NCBI RefSeq assembly: GCF_009914755.1 | Contig: NC_060931.1 | Length of the DNA stretch: 64,000 nt | Source of the DNA: the human T2T-CHM13v2.0 reference genome, Homo sapiens | Direction: 5' to 3' (one strand) | Shown: piece after piece, positions 1-18,437 of the stretch | Layout: each line of letters opens with the position of its first letter | Position numbering within the stretch: position 1 is the first letter of the stretch | Made by a program: the position numbers and the translations under genes | The notes under the pieces: generated by a model | What the model was told of the DNA's origin: nothing | Database searches by the model: none | What the model saw: only the letters and a program-made list of their open reading frames with translations

Positions 1-4260
<4,260 letters not shown>

Positions 4261-5361
4261 TCAGGTGGTCAGAGGCCCTGGCACTATATTTGCCAAAAGG
4301 TGATCCACACTATGTACTCTTTCTCCCATTTTTTACTTGGCAATTGAAGTCTGCTGCAGATGCATCTCATTAGCAAAGCTCTGGTAAAAGCCTGTGCGAC
4401 TGCAAGGGAGTCTGGGAGAGCATGGTCTGATTTCTATCTTGGAGAAGAGGGATTTATAATATGGGAAATTCTCCAAACATAGAAAGACATTCAAAAGATA
4501 CTTTTGAGTTACAAACACAACAAATGTCCACTACAGATAGAATACCATGTTTTGTAACTAAGAGACTATATTTGCTTTTTGAAGATCTAAAGACAATTTT
4601 CAAGTTCTGCTGGATAGAATAGGTAGGAGGGAGAAGGGAGTATGTTTCTTTGATAAATTATCCACTTTCTCCTTCAGTTCTTGGTGTTCTCTATTTCTTG
4701 ATTCAATATTAATATATTGTATTTTTATAGAAACACATACATTTCACTTATTTAATTTTAGTAGCATATAACTGTGCCTAACCCTTCTTAGTTTTAATAT
4801 TGTTCTCCATTGCTATATATCCTCTCTATTTCTAATTTTATTTTATTTTGTATTTCCTTTTTATTACAAAATATGTTTATTATAGCAAAATTGAAAATCA
4901 TAAAAGCACACAGAAGAAAAAATCATTTTTACTTTAGTAAAAATAGCTGTAATACACCTAGTAATAGCTGTAATAAACAGCCCATTAGCCATTCCACCCA
5001 TACCCCATTGTAAAACAGACATGAGGTTTAGATGGGATTCACTCTACCATTATATCTGGGATGGATCATATTTGACCTGAGCAAACCAGAGTGATTTTAT
5101 TCCCCTGCCCAATGTGATTAGTTCAGGTAGAGTCATAGTTAAACCATTCAGTGTCTGGCACTCCTTGTCATAGTGATTGGTTCAGGAGTGGGCACATGAC
5201 CTATGTCGGTCTAGTTTTAAAGAAGCCCAAGACATATGTTTGTTAGGATAAGACCACCATCCAGGCCTGACTAGCACAAGGGAGAAAACTTTTAGCTCCA
5301 GAGCTGCTTGAAACCTAACTGAAAATACATCTTATACTCAGGAGATGGAGTTAAAAAAAAT

Positions 5362-5810
5362 TGTCTTAGTCCATACTGTGTTGTTGTAACAGAATATCTG
5401 AGACCGGGTACTTTATAAAGAAAAGAGGTTTATTTTGCTCATGGTTCTGCAGGCTGGAAAGCTCAAGGGGCATGGCACTGCTATCCATTCTGCTTTTGGT
5501 GAGGTCTTTATGCTGCCTCACAATATGGTGGAAAATCAAAAGGGAAGCAAATATGTGCAAAGAGGCAAAATCAAGGAGAGCCCTGGCTTTATAACAACCC
5601 ATTCTCAGAGAACTAATCAATTCTCAAAAAAACTAGTCCATGCTCAGCAGAGCAAAAACTCACTCACTATCATAAGAACAGCACCAAGTTATTAATGAGG
5701 GATCCATCCCCATGACCCACACACTTCTCATTAGGCTCCACCTCCCAACACCACCACATTGGGGATCAGATTTTGGCATGAGTTTTGGTAGAGACAAACC
5801 CTACTGAAGC
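5362..5810 (-). mobile_element. MaLR solo LTR (MST family)
   Basis: tgtcttagtcc start, 'tttataaagaaaagaggtttattttgctcatggttctgcaggctgg' and 'ccacctcccaacaccaccacattggggatc' are typical of MST LTRs. Confidence 0.8.
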
Positions 5811-7064
5811 CGTAGGCTGAAACTATGTCTTCATCCCATTATTAGACTCTCTAGCATCGTAATCTCAGAGGTCTAGACCCAGGTTGTTGCTTTTACTTCT
5901 TAGTTGAACAAGATAAGATTTATACAGATTTATCATTTGACAAAGCAAAATGTGTATTTTGGCTCTAAACCTACTCTAGATCTACTTGTGTGGCTGTCTT
6001 AGTAAGGGGTCTCTATGATAATTCTCTTTTGGGGACCTGGAGTCTCCCTAGCAAATCCTATTTTGAAATAAAATTTTCTTACTTTGCTTTCCAGATTGTC
6101 CTCTAAATTTTCTAAAGCCTGTGGTCCATAAATATAGAACTGGCGGATGTAACTTGATTTTATTACAGCAGTCTGGGTTTTGGTGCCAATGCTATGTTGA
6201 AATGTAAGAGTGTTATTGGATTTGTACTATCTATATTTAAAAGACTGGTGGGTTACTTGAGCCTGGAATGCCTAACAACTTCTGAGAAGGGTCAGAACCA
6301 CACTCTGTTCACTCAAAAAAGAGATGACCCAGAAGCTGGCTGGCTGTGAATGTCTAAAGCTACATGACATACACCCTGTCCTGGCTTCTACTGTGGAACC
6401 TACGGAAACCCACTTAAAACTGTTGTGCCTCCACTGACTAAACCTGAGGACAGCCAGTTGCCTTGAAGGCCTCCAGGCTGTCAGGAGAAGCCCCCCCTTA
6501 CCCCCCCGCCACAATTTCTCTCTCAATATTTCCAAACACACTGTGCCTGGGGTAGTGAGAAGCCCTACAGTAATATTGTATACTTTATTTTATTTGAGAT
6601 CCTCCTCTGTGAGCAGTGGTGGGGCAAAGCTAGCATGCTTCCTTCATACCTAGAGATTCACTCACTTAGGGAAATAATCCATTCTAGTTCCTCTATGTAA
6701 GTCAAAAGACAGTCTGTATAAAGTGACCACTGACTCCCATTCTCATATTTATAAATGGCAGGTCTTGTCTTCATTCCTGACAGGCTCTTCTCTTCTGACG
6801 TCTCAGTTGTCAGTTCTTCTCAATTGGGTGTGAAAACTCTAATCTCTAGTATGTCTTAAAACCTCTGTGTATTTTGTACCTGTCTCTGACCATGACATGG
6901 GATGGGGGAGTTCCACTGCCTCAGGCAATGCACTACCTTCTCTAGGTCTCCACTTCATCTTCTGGCCTAGGGAGTTTTGGGAGTTGCTGTTTCTGAAAAA
7001 AGACAGGTATTGGGAGTTGGGTAGGGCCAGGGTGAATGTGTGTTCTGACACCCAGAGGGAGAAA

Positions 7065-7835
7065 GAGGCAGACAACATACAAGTATACAAATGAATAGTA
7101 TAATTTCAGGTCAAGATAACTGCTGTGAAGAAAAATAAAGCAGAAAAGGGGGACAGAGAGAAATGGTAGGGTGTAATGAGGTCATTTTTGATAAGGTGAT
7201 CCAGCATTTGAGCAGAAGGAGTAAAGGAGTTGCCTATGTGAGGATCTGAGGGAACACGTTAAACTTTCCTTTACGTGTGGTGGGATGTCATTGGGCAGAT
7301 TTTAAAGGCTTGTCCAGGCTCCTGGGGGAGGTGGTGTTAAATGGAATTACTGCAAGATCCAGGCAAGAAATGAAGATATGGATTAAAGTGATAGGAATGA
7401 AGGTGGCAAGAAGCAGCTGAAATCAACATATATATATACTTTCCTCAAAGGTAGCACCAGTAGGGCTAGTTGATTAATTCCGTGTGAGATGATAATGCTG
7501 AGGTTGATGCCTGAATAGTTGGATGAACGGTGGCGCCATTTTCTGAGGGAAAGACAATTGAGGGAGGAACCATATGTGAGTGGGTACATGTGGAGAGCTT
7601 ACTTGGTTTTAGATGTTTAAATTAAGGGATGTTTATTAGACTTTGAAGAAAAGATTTTGAGTAAAATTTTAAAAAGTGATTAGAGCTTAAGGGAGAAATC
7701 AAGGCCAGGGATAACAACTAGGAAGTTTGAATTGAAATATATTATAATTACAGCCAAGGGACCATAGAAAATCACCCAGGGATGAAGTCAGAGCATGGGC
7801 CTCTCTAACATTGGACAGACAGAAGGAAAATCCAA
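7065..7835 (-). mobile_element. L2 (LINE2) remnant
   Basis: Purine-rich L2 3'-region motifs (tgctgtgaagaaaaataaagcag; catttgagcaga; gccattttctgaggga). Confidence 0.6.
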
Positions 7836-7846
7836 GAAAAGAGATT

Positions 7847-9033
7847 TTTTTTTTTTATTGTAGATTCAGGAGGTACAGGTTTGTTACATGGATATATTGT
7901 GTAATAGTGAGATTTGGGCTTCAAGTGTACCCATCACCCAAATAGTGATCATTGCACCCAACAGGTAAGTTTTCAACTGTCACGCCCTCCCCATCTTTGA
8001 AGTCCTCAGTGTCTATTATTTCCATTTTTATGTCCAAAGTATACTCATTGTTTACCTCCCACTTATAAGTGAGAACACATGGTATTTGATTTTCTATTTC
8101 TGAGTTATTTCACCTAGGATAATAGCCTCCAGTTCCATATATGTTGCTACAAAAGACACAGTTTCATTATTTTTAATGGCTGCATAGCATTCCATCATAT
8201 ATTTATATATAATGTGTATATCACATTTTCTTTATCCAACGTCTGTAGATGGACACTTGGGTTGATTCCATATCATTGCTATTGTGAATAATGCTGCAAT
8301 AAACACACAAGTTCAGGTGTCTTTTTGATGTAATAATTTCTTTACCACTAAGGAGATACCCAGTACTGGGATTGCTGGGTCAAATAGTAGTTCTATTTTT
8401 AGTTCTTTGAAACATTTCCATATTGTTTTCCATGGAGGCTGTACTAGTTTACATTCCCAACAACAGTATATAAGTGTTCCCTTTTCTCTGCACTTTTGCC
8501 AACATCTGTTGTCTTTTGACTTTTTATTAGCCATTCTGACTGGTGTAAGATGGTGTCTCATTGTGGTTGTAAGATGCATTTCTCTGACGATTAGTGGTGT
8601 TAAGCCTTTTTTCCTATGTTGGTTGGCTGCTTGTATGTGTTCTTGAGAAACATCTGTTCATATCCTTTGTCCTCTTTTTAATGGTTTTTTTTTTTCTAAT
8701 TGAGTTACTTGAGTTTTTTGTAGATTCTGTTTACTCTGTTGATTATTTCTTTTGCTATGCAGAAGGCTTTTAGTTTAGTTGAAGCTAATTTGTCTATTTT
8801 TGATTTTGTTGCATTTGCTTTTGGGGTCTTTATCATAAATTCTTTGCCTAGGCCAACGTCTAGAAGAATTTTTCCTAGATTTCCTTGTAGGATTTTTATA
8901 GCTTCAAGTCTTACATTTAAGTCTTTAATCCACCTTGAATTAACTTTGGTATGTGGTGACAGATAGGGGTCCAGTTTCATTCTTCTGCATATGGCGCTCC
9001 AATTTTCACAGCACCATTTATCTAATAGGGTGC
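7847..9033 (-). mobile_element. 5'-truncated L1 (L1PB/L1PA16-like 3' end)
   Basis: Poly-T at left, L1 3'UTR and ORF2 C-terminus ([33 protein letters not shown]). TSD ccaagaaaagagatt (7832-7846) / ccaggaaaggagatt (9034-9048). Confidence 0.9.
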
Positions 9034-9055
9034 CCAGGAAAGGAGATTAAGTTAG

Positions 9056-9405
<350 letters not shown>

Positions 9406-10767
9406 TGATGTTTTAAAATTGAATATGTCACATTGGGGTACCCATACAGATATATTTATGCGCTAGAATTATTCTGTTTTAAAAATTATATTTTTATCAC
9501 AAGTTTATCCATTTTCTTCCTCTCATCAAATAACTAGCTTTTAATTTTGTATATAATTATGCCAGTTATTTTCCAGGTTATTAATTCATGCTTTTATATT
9601 CCTTCCCTATTTTGCTTTAAATTAATACTTTATTCTGTTCTAGAATTCTACAGTATAATCATTTTTTCATGAATATCTCTTTTTTATTTCTTCTTATTAA
9701 AGACCTTTAAATGAGTACATTTTCTTCTAAACACTGTTTTGGCCTACGTCCCAATACATTTTAATATGCAGAGCTGTGTATTATTACTTTAAAATATATT
9801 TTATTGCATTCTTAATTTGTTTCCTAAGCCAATTTTTACTTATAAAAAAGTATTTTTAATACTAAAAAAATTAAACAATTTGTTAAGATTCTCATTATTT
9901 ACTTCTTTTTAAAATATGGTTAAAGCATGTAATGGGCAGAATTTCTGCCATTAAGAAGTTGGTGGTTAATATTTGTAAATATATCCTTATGGCTTATTTA
10001 AGATTTTTTTGGTAACAGCTATACACCGATATAGTTTTAATTTTCTCGTCTAAGTTTACAATTTATTGAAGTTGCCTGAGTAACTGGATTGACCAAGTAT
10101 TCAATATTTTCATTAATTAGTTTTATTATCATCTTGATATTTTCAGTCCCTACCTTTCCCACCCCTAAGAATCACCATTCTTTTTTGAGGTAATCCTGAC
10201 CAAGAAGAATTGCATCCAAGGTATTAGTACTGCCCATGCAAGGAGTCTGTGATGAGTCCTCTTTTTCCTAAGAGGTTATTTGTGATGACTGGGTGAGCCT
10301 CCAGAGTTACTGTTTTCTTACCATGACCTATATATCGACTGATGCAATAGAAATTCTGCCCTCATTTCTGGTTGTAAAAACTCTAGGACTGGATAACAGC
10401 TCCACCTTGACCATTGTTGTTCCCTGGGGAGCTTGATTTTGCTCCCTAAACCCTCAGTAGCTGGGTGAAGAGAGGAGTCAACCACAATTATGCATTCCCA
10501 GTTACTTCCTGGTGCTGATGCATCCTGCATTGGAGACCTACTACTACTTGGGATCTTCTCAAAACATTGACTTCTGCCAAAAGAAATCGTTGCCACTAGT
10601 ATCTACCCCTCTTAGAAAGTCATTATATTGCTAAGACCAATTCTGACTTCCTTTTTCTGCCACACGTGAAATATTGAGTTCTAGTATGACTGCTACTTGA
10701 ACTTGCTAACTTCAGTGATGTGCAACTCAGATCTTTCTCCACAAATGCATTATTTTGTGATTCTTTT

Positions 10768-11190
10768 TGTGTTATTCCATGTTCTCAGAGAAGCAGATGT
10801 CAAAACCAGATTAACCATGCAGGTGCTTATTAGGGGGAAATGTCTGTGAAGGAATATGGAGAAGGAACCAGAGAACATTGGGAAGAGTCATCAAGCCACA
10901 AAGCAAGTCTGACCTGGACTGAAGGATGCAGAGAGACAAGGTTAGTGGAAACTTTCTAGACATCCACATTGTCTAAGAAGGTTGGGAAAACCAATGGGGA
11001 GTCCTCAAGCGAAAGTTGCAGTCAGAGATAATCCTTGTCTCCAGGAATAGGTTGTGCCTTAAATCCCATGAGAGCAGTATGTAGGTGGCATAGCCTCCCA
11101 TAGGGATGGATTCCAAAGCTGGCAGCTGGAACTCTCCTCAATTAGCTCCATATACTTGGAGGTTTGCAAAGAGAATTTTGATGGCTGCAA
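10768..11190 (-). mobile_element. ERVL LTR16-like solo LTR
   Basis: 'gagaagcagatgtcaaaaccagatta..ttattagggggaaatgtctgtgaagga' resembles the LTR16 family; boundaries approximate. Confidence 0.55.
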
Positions 11191-11342
11191 CATTCTCCTC
11201 CATGTTAAACAATTGTGCATTAATGTTTTAATGATACATTGTTTAATTGAATGTAAAGTTGTTAAGTGTTCTTTTCTATTGTGCCTTTTCATTACATTAT
11301 ATAGTTACCCCTATGCTTAATAATTTATGTGTTGATTTCTAC

Positions 11343-11567
11343 TTTTTTTTTTTTTGAGACAGAATCTCACTCTGTCACCCAGGCTGGAGTGCAGTGGCGC
11401 TATCTTGGCTCGCTGCAACCTCCGCCTCCCGGGTTCAAACAATTCTTTAGTAGAGATGGGGTTTCACCATGTTGGCCAGGCTGGTCTCGAACTCCTAGTC
11501 TTAACTGATCTGCCCACCTTGGCCTCCCACAAGGCTGGGATTACAGGCCTAAGCCACTATGCCACGC
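11343..11567 (-). mobile_element. AluS with ~70-bp internal deletion
   Basis: Right-arm 'ggttcaaacaattct' joins directly to left-arm 'ttagtagagatgggg' at ~11446. TSD tgatttctac (11333-11342 / 11570-11579). Confidence 0.92.
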
Positions 11568-11914
11568 TATGATTTCTACCATTTTGAATATTATGTATAC
11601 TTTCCCTGTAATTTAGAAATGTCATAGCTCATCTCCAATTTTTAAAATTGTATAAATTGACTTTGTTTTTCAATTTAGAATGATAGTTTTCTGAGAGATG
11701 GGTTTTATTTTTGTTTTTGTTTTCCAAAATAGTAATTATGGTTGAAATCCACTCAACGAAATTGTTTTGTCCCCTTCCTATACTTCTTATCCTGTTTTGC
11801 TTTAACAATTATGCCTTTTTATACATAGACAATATTTACATGTTCTTCTAAAATGAGTTGAAGATAGCTTTATTTAATTCAATTCCACAAAGTTAACTAA
11901 TACAAAGATTTTTT

Positions 11915-12820
11915 ACTTCCAGTTCCAAAATGGCAATATAGAAGCAAGATGGTTTCACTTTCCCCTGCAAAAAACTGAAAACAGTTATACAGTGCCAAGA
12001 TTTTCACCAGCAACAACCCAGAAGTCAAATACGAGAATGAAATAGTTTCCAAGGCCACAGAGAAGTGAAAAAAACTAAGCAGATGGTAAGAGAATCGGAC
12101 TTACACATCTGCAAAGCTCCTCCCCCACCATTCTGCCCAGCAACAAGTACATGGAAAATCGTCCCCCAACACAATCTACACTTGAAAAAGTATGATTGAG
12201 GGAGTTAACCAGCTTCCCCATCATCTTGGGTGCTCTGGCAGGAGACCTTTTCTTGCCTTAACCCAGAGAAAGCATAAAGACTGCCTAAAGGGAGAAATAT
12301 CCCTAGGGAGAGGCAGAGACAAAGTGTGTAGGCATGACTAACATCCACAGCTGCGGAAATTGATCTATTAGCTAAAGAAGACGCCAAATCAGAGTGGTTG
12401 TTCAGCAGCACCATGCTTTAGAAGGTACATTCCACAGGTCCCCTGGGCACAAAGCCCTAGCCAGCCTTGATACCACCTAGATAATCCCTTTGGGATCTCC
12501 CCCATTCAGGATAGGCAGTGCTCTGATCATTTACTACAGCTGAGGTGAACCTGGCACCATCTTGAGCTGAAAAAAGGGCAGCAACCTAGCAGTAAAGATT
12601 CACTAAGCATATATGTCCAATAAAAACCAAAACAAGCTGGACAGAGAAGATTGAAATGAACAATCCTTTAATGCAAACATATAGACATATACCCACAAGA
12701 AACAACTGCAAACAGAGAACCATGACCTCCCTAAAAGAACAAAACAAAAATCCAGTGACTGACCCTAATGAGATGGCAATACGTGAGCTCTCTGACCAAG
12801 AATTCAAAGTTGCAGTTTTG
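11915..12820 (+). mobile_element. L1M (L1MA-age) 5'UTR and start of ORF1
   Basis: 'acttccagttccaaaatggc' L1M-type 5' end; ORF1-like peptide NPVTDPNEMAIRELSDQEFKVAVL. Confidence 0.7.
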
Positions 12821-12920
12821 GGTAGTGAAATAACCTGCATTTTACTCATGTGACAAACCTGCACATGTACCCCCTGAACCTAAAATAAAAGTTGGAAGGA
12901 AAATAAATAAATAATAAAAC
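12821..12920 (+). mobile_element. Short L1 3'-terminal fragment with A-rich tail
   Basis: 'catgtgacaaacctgcacatgtaccccctgaacctaaaataaaagttg' is an L1PA16/L1PB-type terminus. Confidence 0.7.
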
Positions 12921-13126
12921 TTAAATCTCACTTTAAAAAGATGTTTTGATCAAAATAATTTTCAATTGTTTAACATAAAGACTAAAATAATCACCTGTAA
13001 TGACGAGCTAGTGACATTATTCAGTACAAAGATGTTGTTATTAATGAGGAGGAATGTTATAATAGCACGTATCTGAGTTGGCATAGCTATTCATTGCAAA
13101 GGTAAAGGAGCATGTGGAAGTATTCT

Positions 13127-13566
13127 TGGAACCAACCCCAATGCCCATCAATGATAGACTGGATAAAGAAAATGTGGCACATATACACCATGGAATACTA
13201 TGCAGCCATAAAAAAGAATGAGTTCATGTTCTTTGTAGGGACATGGATGAAGCTGGAAGCCATCATTCTTGGCAAACTAACACAGGAACAGAAAACCAAA
13301 CATCACATGTTCTCACTCATAAGTGGGAGTTGAATAATGAGAACACATGGACACAGGGAGGGGAACATCATACACTGGAGCCTGTCAGAGGGTGGGGGGC
13401 AAGGGGAGGGAGAGCATTAGGACAAATACCTAATGCATGTGTGGCTTAAAAACTAGATGATGGTTTGATAGGTGCAGCAAACCACCATGGCACATATTGT
13501 ATACCTATGTAACAAACCTGCACGTTCTGGACATGTATCCCAGAACTTGAAGTAAAATTTAAAAAA
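13127..13566 (+). mobile_element. 5'-truncated L1PA8-like 3' end
   Basis: ORF2 end (WIKKMWHIYTMEYYAAIKK..MFSLISGS) plus 3'UTR 'ggacaaatacctaatgcatg'. TSD gaagta[t/c]tct (13117-13126 / 13567-13576). Confidence 0.92.
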
Positions 13567-13619
13567 GAAGTACTCTAGGAGGTCAACTAAGAGAATGTAA
13601 ATAAAAATTTAAAATTAGA

Positions 13620-16068
13620 CAGCAACCTAGCAGTAAAGATTCAGTAAGCAAATGTATCCATTAAAAACCAAAATAAGCCAAACAGAGAAGATTGGAATAA
13701 ATAATCCTCCCATGCAAAGATGTGGACATATTTCCACAAGAAACAACTGCAGAGAATCATGACCTCCCCGAAAGGACAAAGCAAAAATCCAGTGACTAAC
13801 CCTAAGGAGTTCAGTTTAACAGAATCAAGAACAAAAAAAATATAATTATTTCAATAGATGCTGAAAAAGTATTTCATAAAATTCAACATCCCTTCATGAT
13901 AAAATTTCTCATAAAAATACATATAGAAGGAACATATTTCAAAGCAATAAAGGCCATATATGACAAACTCACAGCTAACATCATACTGAACAGAGAAAAA
14001 ATTGAAGGCCTCTCCTCTAAGGACTGGAACAAGATAAGGATGCATACTCTCACCACTGTTATTCAATAGAATACTGGAAGTCATGGCCAGAGCAATTAGG
14101 CAAGATAAAGAAATAAAGGGCATCCAAATTGGAAAGAAAGAAGTCATATTAGCCTTATTTGCAAATGACATGTCCTTATACCTAGAAAAACCTGAAGACT
14201 GTATCCCTCAAAAATAACTGTTAGAACTGATAAATGGGTTCAATAAAGTTGCAGGACACAAAAATCAACATACAAAATTTAGTGGCATTTATATGCACCA
14301 GCGTCAAACAATCTGAAAAAAATAATCAAGAAGACGATCCCACTTACAATAGCTACAAAAAATATAAAATACATAAGAATCAATCTAACTAAAGACATGA
14401 AAGATCTATACAAGGAAAACTGCAAAACTCTGATGGAAGAAAGTGAAGAGGACATGGAAAATGGAAAGATATTTCATGCTCATGAATTGGAAAAATTAAT
14501 AATGTTAAAATGACAATATACCAAAAGCATCTTACAGATTCAATGCAATCTCTATCAAAATGTCAGTGACATTCTTCACAAAAAACAGAAAAAAAAATCC
14601 TAAATGTATACATAACCACAAAATATCCCAAATAGCCAGCTCAATCCTGAGCAAAAAGAACAAAGCTGGGGGCATTACACCACCTGACTTCAATATTTAC
14701 TATGAAGCTATAGTAACTGAAACAGCATGGTACTGGCATCAAAGCAGACATATAGACAATGGAACATACTAGAGAACTGAGATATAAACCCATGCATTTA
14801 TAGCCAACTCATCTTTGACAAAGACACCAAGAACATACACTGAGGAAAGGATAATCTTTTCAATACATGGTGCTGGGATATGCAGAAGAATGAAATTAGA
14901 CCATTATCCCTCATCACATACACAAATCAAATCAAAATTGATTAAAGACTGAAATCTAAGACCTGAAACTATGAAACTGCTGGAAGAAAACTTTGAGGAA
15001 ATGTTCTAGCACATTGATCTGGTGAAAGATTTCTTTGTCTAAGATCTCAAAATCACAGACAACCAAAGCAAAAATATGATGAGATTACAGCAAGCTAAAA
15101 ACCTTCTGCACAGCAAAGGAAACAGTCAACAAAACGAGAAGACAACTCGCAGAATGGGATAAAATATTTGCAAAGTATCTACCTGACAAGTGATTAATAA
15201 CAGCCAGAATACATAAGGTGCTCGAAGAACTCAATAGCAAAGTAAACAAACAAAAATAATTCAGTTTTAAAATGGGCAAAAGATCTGAACAGACATTTCT
15301 CAAAAGAAGACATACAAATGATCAACAGGTATTTGAAAACAATGTTCAACATCACTAATCATCTGAGAAATGCAAATCAAAACCAAAATAAGATATCATC
15401 TCATCCCAGCTAAAATGACTTGTATCAAAAAGACAGGCAATAACAGATGCTGGTGAGGATGTCTAGACAGGCGAGCCCTCATCCACTGCTGGTGGGAATG
15501 TAAATTATTGCGGCCCCTAAAAAGAATAGCATGGAGGTTCCTCACAAAACTAAAGATAGAACTGCCATGTCATCCAGCAATTTTACTACTAGGTACACAT
15601 CCAAAACAAAGGAAAGCAATATATTAAACAGAGTGCAGAGTCTCTGCACTCTCATGTTTAATGCAGCACTATTCAAAATAGCCAAAATTTGGAATCAACC
15701 TAAGTGTCCATCAACAGATGAATGGATTAAAAAATGTGTTATATGTACACAATGAAATATTATTCAGCCATAAAAAAGAGTAAAATCCTGTCGTTTGCAG
15801 CAACATGGGTGGAACTAGATACCATTATGTTCAGTGAAATGAGCCATGCACAGAGAGATACATATTGCATGATCTCACTTATATAAGCTAAAAAAGTAAA
15901 TCTCATGAAGACAGAGAATAAAATGGTGGTTACCTAGATGCCAGGACGGGTAAGAAGGAGGGAGGGATAAAGGGGAAAATAATAATATAAATGTATTTAT
16001 TATTATGGTACGTTTAAAACGGTAAAGATTGTAAATTTTATACATATATTGTACCTCAATTTTTTTAA
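13620..16068 (+). mobile_element. L1MA-type element: ORF1-start piece fused to ORF2 RT/C-terminus and 3'UTR
   Basis: RT-region sequence (tcaatagatgctgaaaaag; ggaacaagataaggatgc; ttatttgcaaatgacatg) through to an L1MA-type 3'UTR. Confidence 0.85.
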
Positions 16069-16526
16069 AGTGTAAACAAAATTTCTATTTCTAAACTGGA
16101 AAAAAAATGTTGGATTTCTTTCTTTAATGTGAAGTTTTGTACTAGTGGGTTTACGTCTAAATGTTTGTCTCCATTCTCTTTTTTGATCTCATCTAGGGTT
16201 TTAAATCCAGCATTATACTAGTCATGACATCAATCCATTAGCTGTCAGGGTTCTCAATGATAGCTTTCAACATGATTTTCCCACTCAGTAAGTTTCTTAG
16301 AAAAATAACTTTAAATGTTATTCAGAGATAATAAATGTGGTCAGCAAATCTCTCTCTGGCCTTTGAATCTGTGAGTAATTTTTCTACTTTTTGTTTTGTT
16401 TCCAAATAAATGATCACCTAACCAGAAAAAATGGTCTTTGGGGGAGTAGGTTTTCTTCAATAACTTACAAATATTGTCCTCTTCAAGGATTTTATGATAT
16501 AGGTTCTAAAAGTTGTAGTCATCCTA

Positions 16527-16831
<305 letters not shown>

Positions 16832-16967
16832 GAATAAAGGTTGTAGTCTGCAATATTTTGAATATTATCAGTTTATTTTTAGATTCACGTATCATCATTA
16901 CATTGCATTGAAATAAAAGGTGGAAGCAAGTAACTGTGTTGGCTTGTTTACCAGTTTTTTTTTTTCT

Positions 16968-17540
16968 ATTATTGGTCAGTATGTTTCTGGATGTGAACGT
17001 CTGATACCCAACCCGAACTAATTTAGTCAAGAAGATAATTTTTTTCCTATGTAACCACAAGAAAGGAAGAGGAGCAGTGGTATAGCTGGACTATTTTGCC
17101 CTCAACTCCTTATCATAGCTTCTTTCTAACACTGGCTCCATTATCTCTTCTGCAACCTGGCTTCCTCCACGTGGGTGCTCTAGGAATGCACCTTTGAGTC
17201 CCAATATCAACAAAGGAATGACACTCCTTCTCCTCCAAGTCCAGTTTGGCATATGCTGAGGGAGAGCTGTGATTGGTCTTGCTTGAGTCAGGTAGACACC
17301 AACACCACCTCTTATCACTGGGGTGAAGTGGTGTCTAAATGGTTGGCCCAGTTTGAGTTATGTGTGCACCTTCAGGCCTATCATCACTTGTGGTCAGGTG
17401 CATAGACTGGGAAGGAAAATCACATATTCTTAAGCCAAATGTTTGCAAAGGTGAAAGGAGCATTTCCCAAGGGAAAAAGTTGCTCCCTCAGAGAAAGGAG
17501 GAAGGCATTCTAGGCAGATAAAACAATTCCTATTCATTAT
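16968..17540. mobile_element. Old MaLR (MLT1-like) LTR remnant
   Basis: 'gagagctgtgattggtcttgcttgagtcaggt' and 'ggttggcccagtttgagttatgtg' motifs; weak match. Confidence 0.4.
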
Positions 17541-17887
17541 AATAACTTTTAATCATTTGACACCACCTATTCAGAAATTCTCTTTATATCCAAGACAGAT
17601 TATTATACACCATTCTCAAGTTTTGTCATTTTTAATGCTTTATTTTAATCCAATTATAGTTTGGGTTTGATTTCCTAGTCTATCCCATCAATTAACTTTT
17701 CAAGGTTAACAACAATAATCTTCTTTATAGACACTTTAAAAATAACTTTACAAAATCAAGAACTACAGCTATGCATAAAGTAATGTGAACATTTCTGGCC
17801 CGTTGTCCATTCACCCCATATCTTCAGCCAAGTGATATAACAGGTCAATGGGTATCTTTCTAACCCTTTTCCTAATCATATCCTAAG

Positions 17888-17915
17888 ACACACAGACACA
17901 CACACACACACACAC
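17888..17915. repeat. (CA)n microsatellite
   Basis: Interrupted CA run. Confidence 0.9.
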
Positions 17916-18131
17916 AGAAATGTTTTTAAACAAAATATATGATACCTTGTATGGTATTCTATAGCTTTCTTTTTATTTATTTTAAAGTAGTCAATTTTAT
18001 ATATCAATATATATAGTATTCCCCACTTCTATTTAATGGTTACGTAGTAAGTATTCCATTTAATAAATACAACAGAATTTATTTAATCAGTTCCCTTTCC
18101 TTAGACACTTAAGCTGCTTCCAGTTGCATTC

Positions 18132-18437
18132 TTTTATTTTATTTATTTTTATTTTTTTGAGACAAAGTCTTACTTAGTTGTTCAAGCTGGAGTGCAGTGG
18201 TGTGATCACACTTCACTGAAACCTTGACCTCCCAGGGTCGATCCTCCCACCTCAGCCTCCTGAGTAGCTGGGACTACAGGTGCCCGCCACCAAGCCCAGC
18301 CAATTTTTAAAATTATTTGTAGAGATGAGGTCTTCCTATGTTGTCCAGGCTGGCTTTAAACTCCTGAGCATAAGCATTCCTTCCGCCTCGGCCTCCCAAA
18401 CTGCTGGAATTATAGGCGTGAGCCACTGCACCCAGCC
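18132..18437 (-). mobile_element. AluJ
   Basis: Diverged dimeric Alu with J-type 'gatcctcccacctcagcc' and 'tatgttgtccaggctgg'. Confidence 0.9.
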
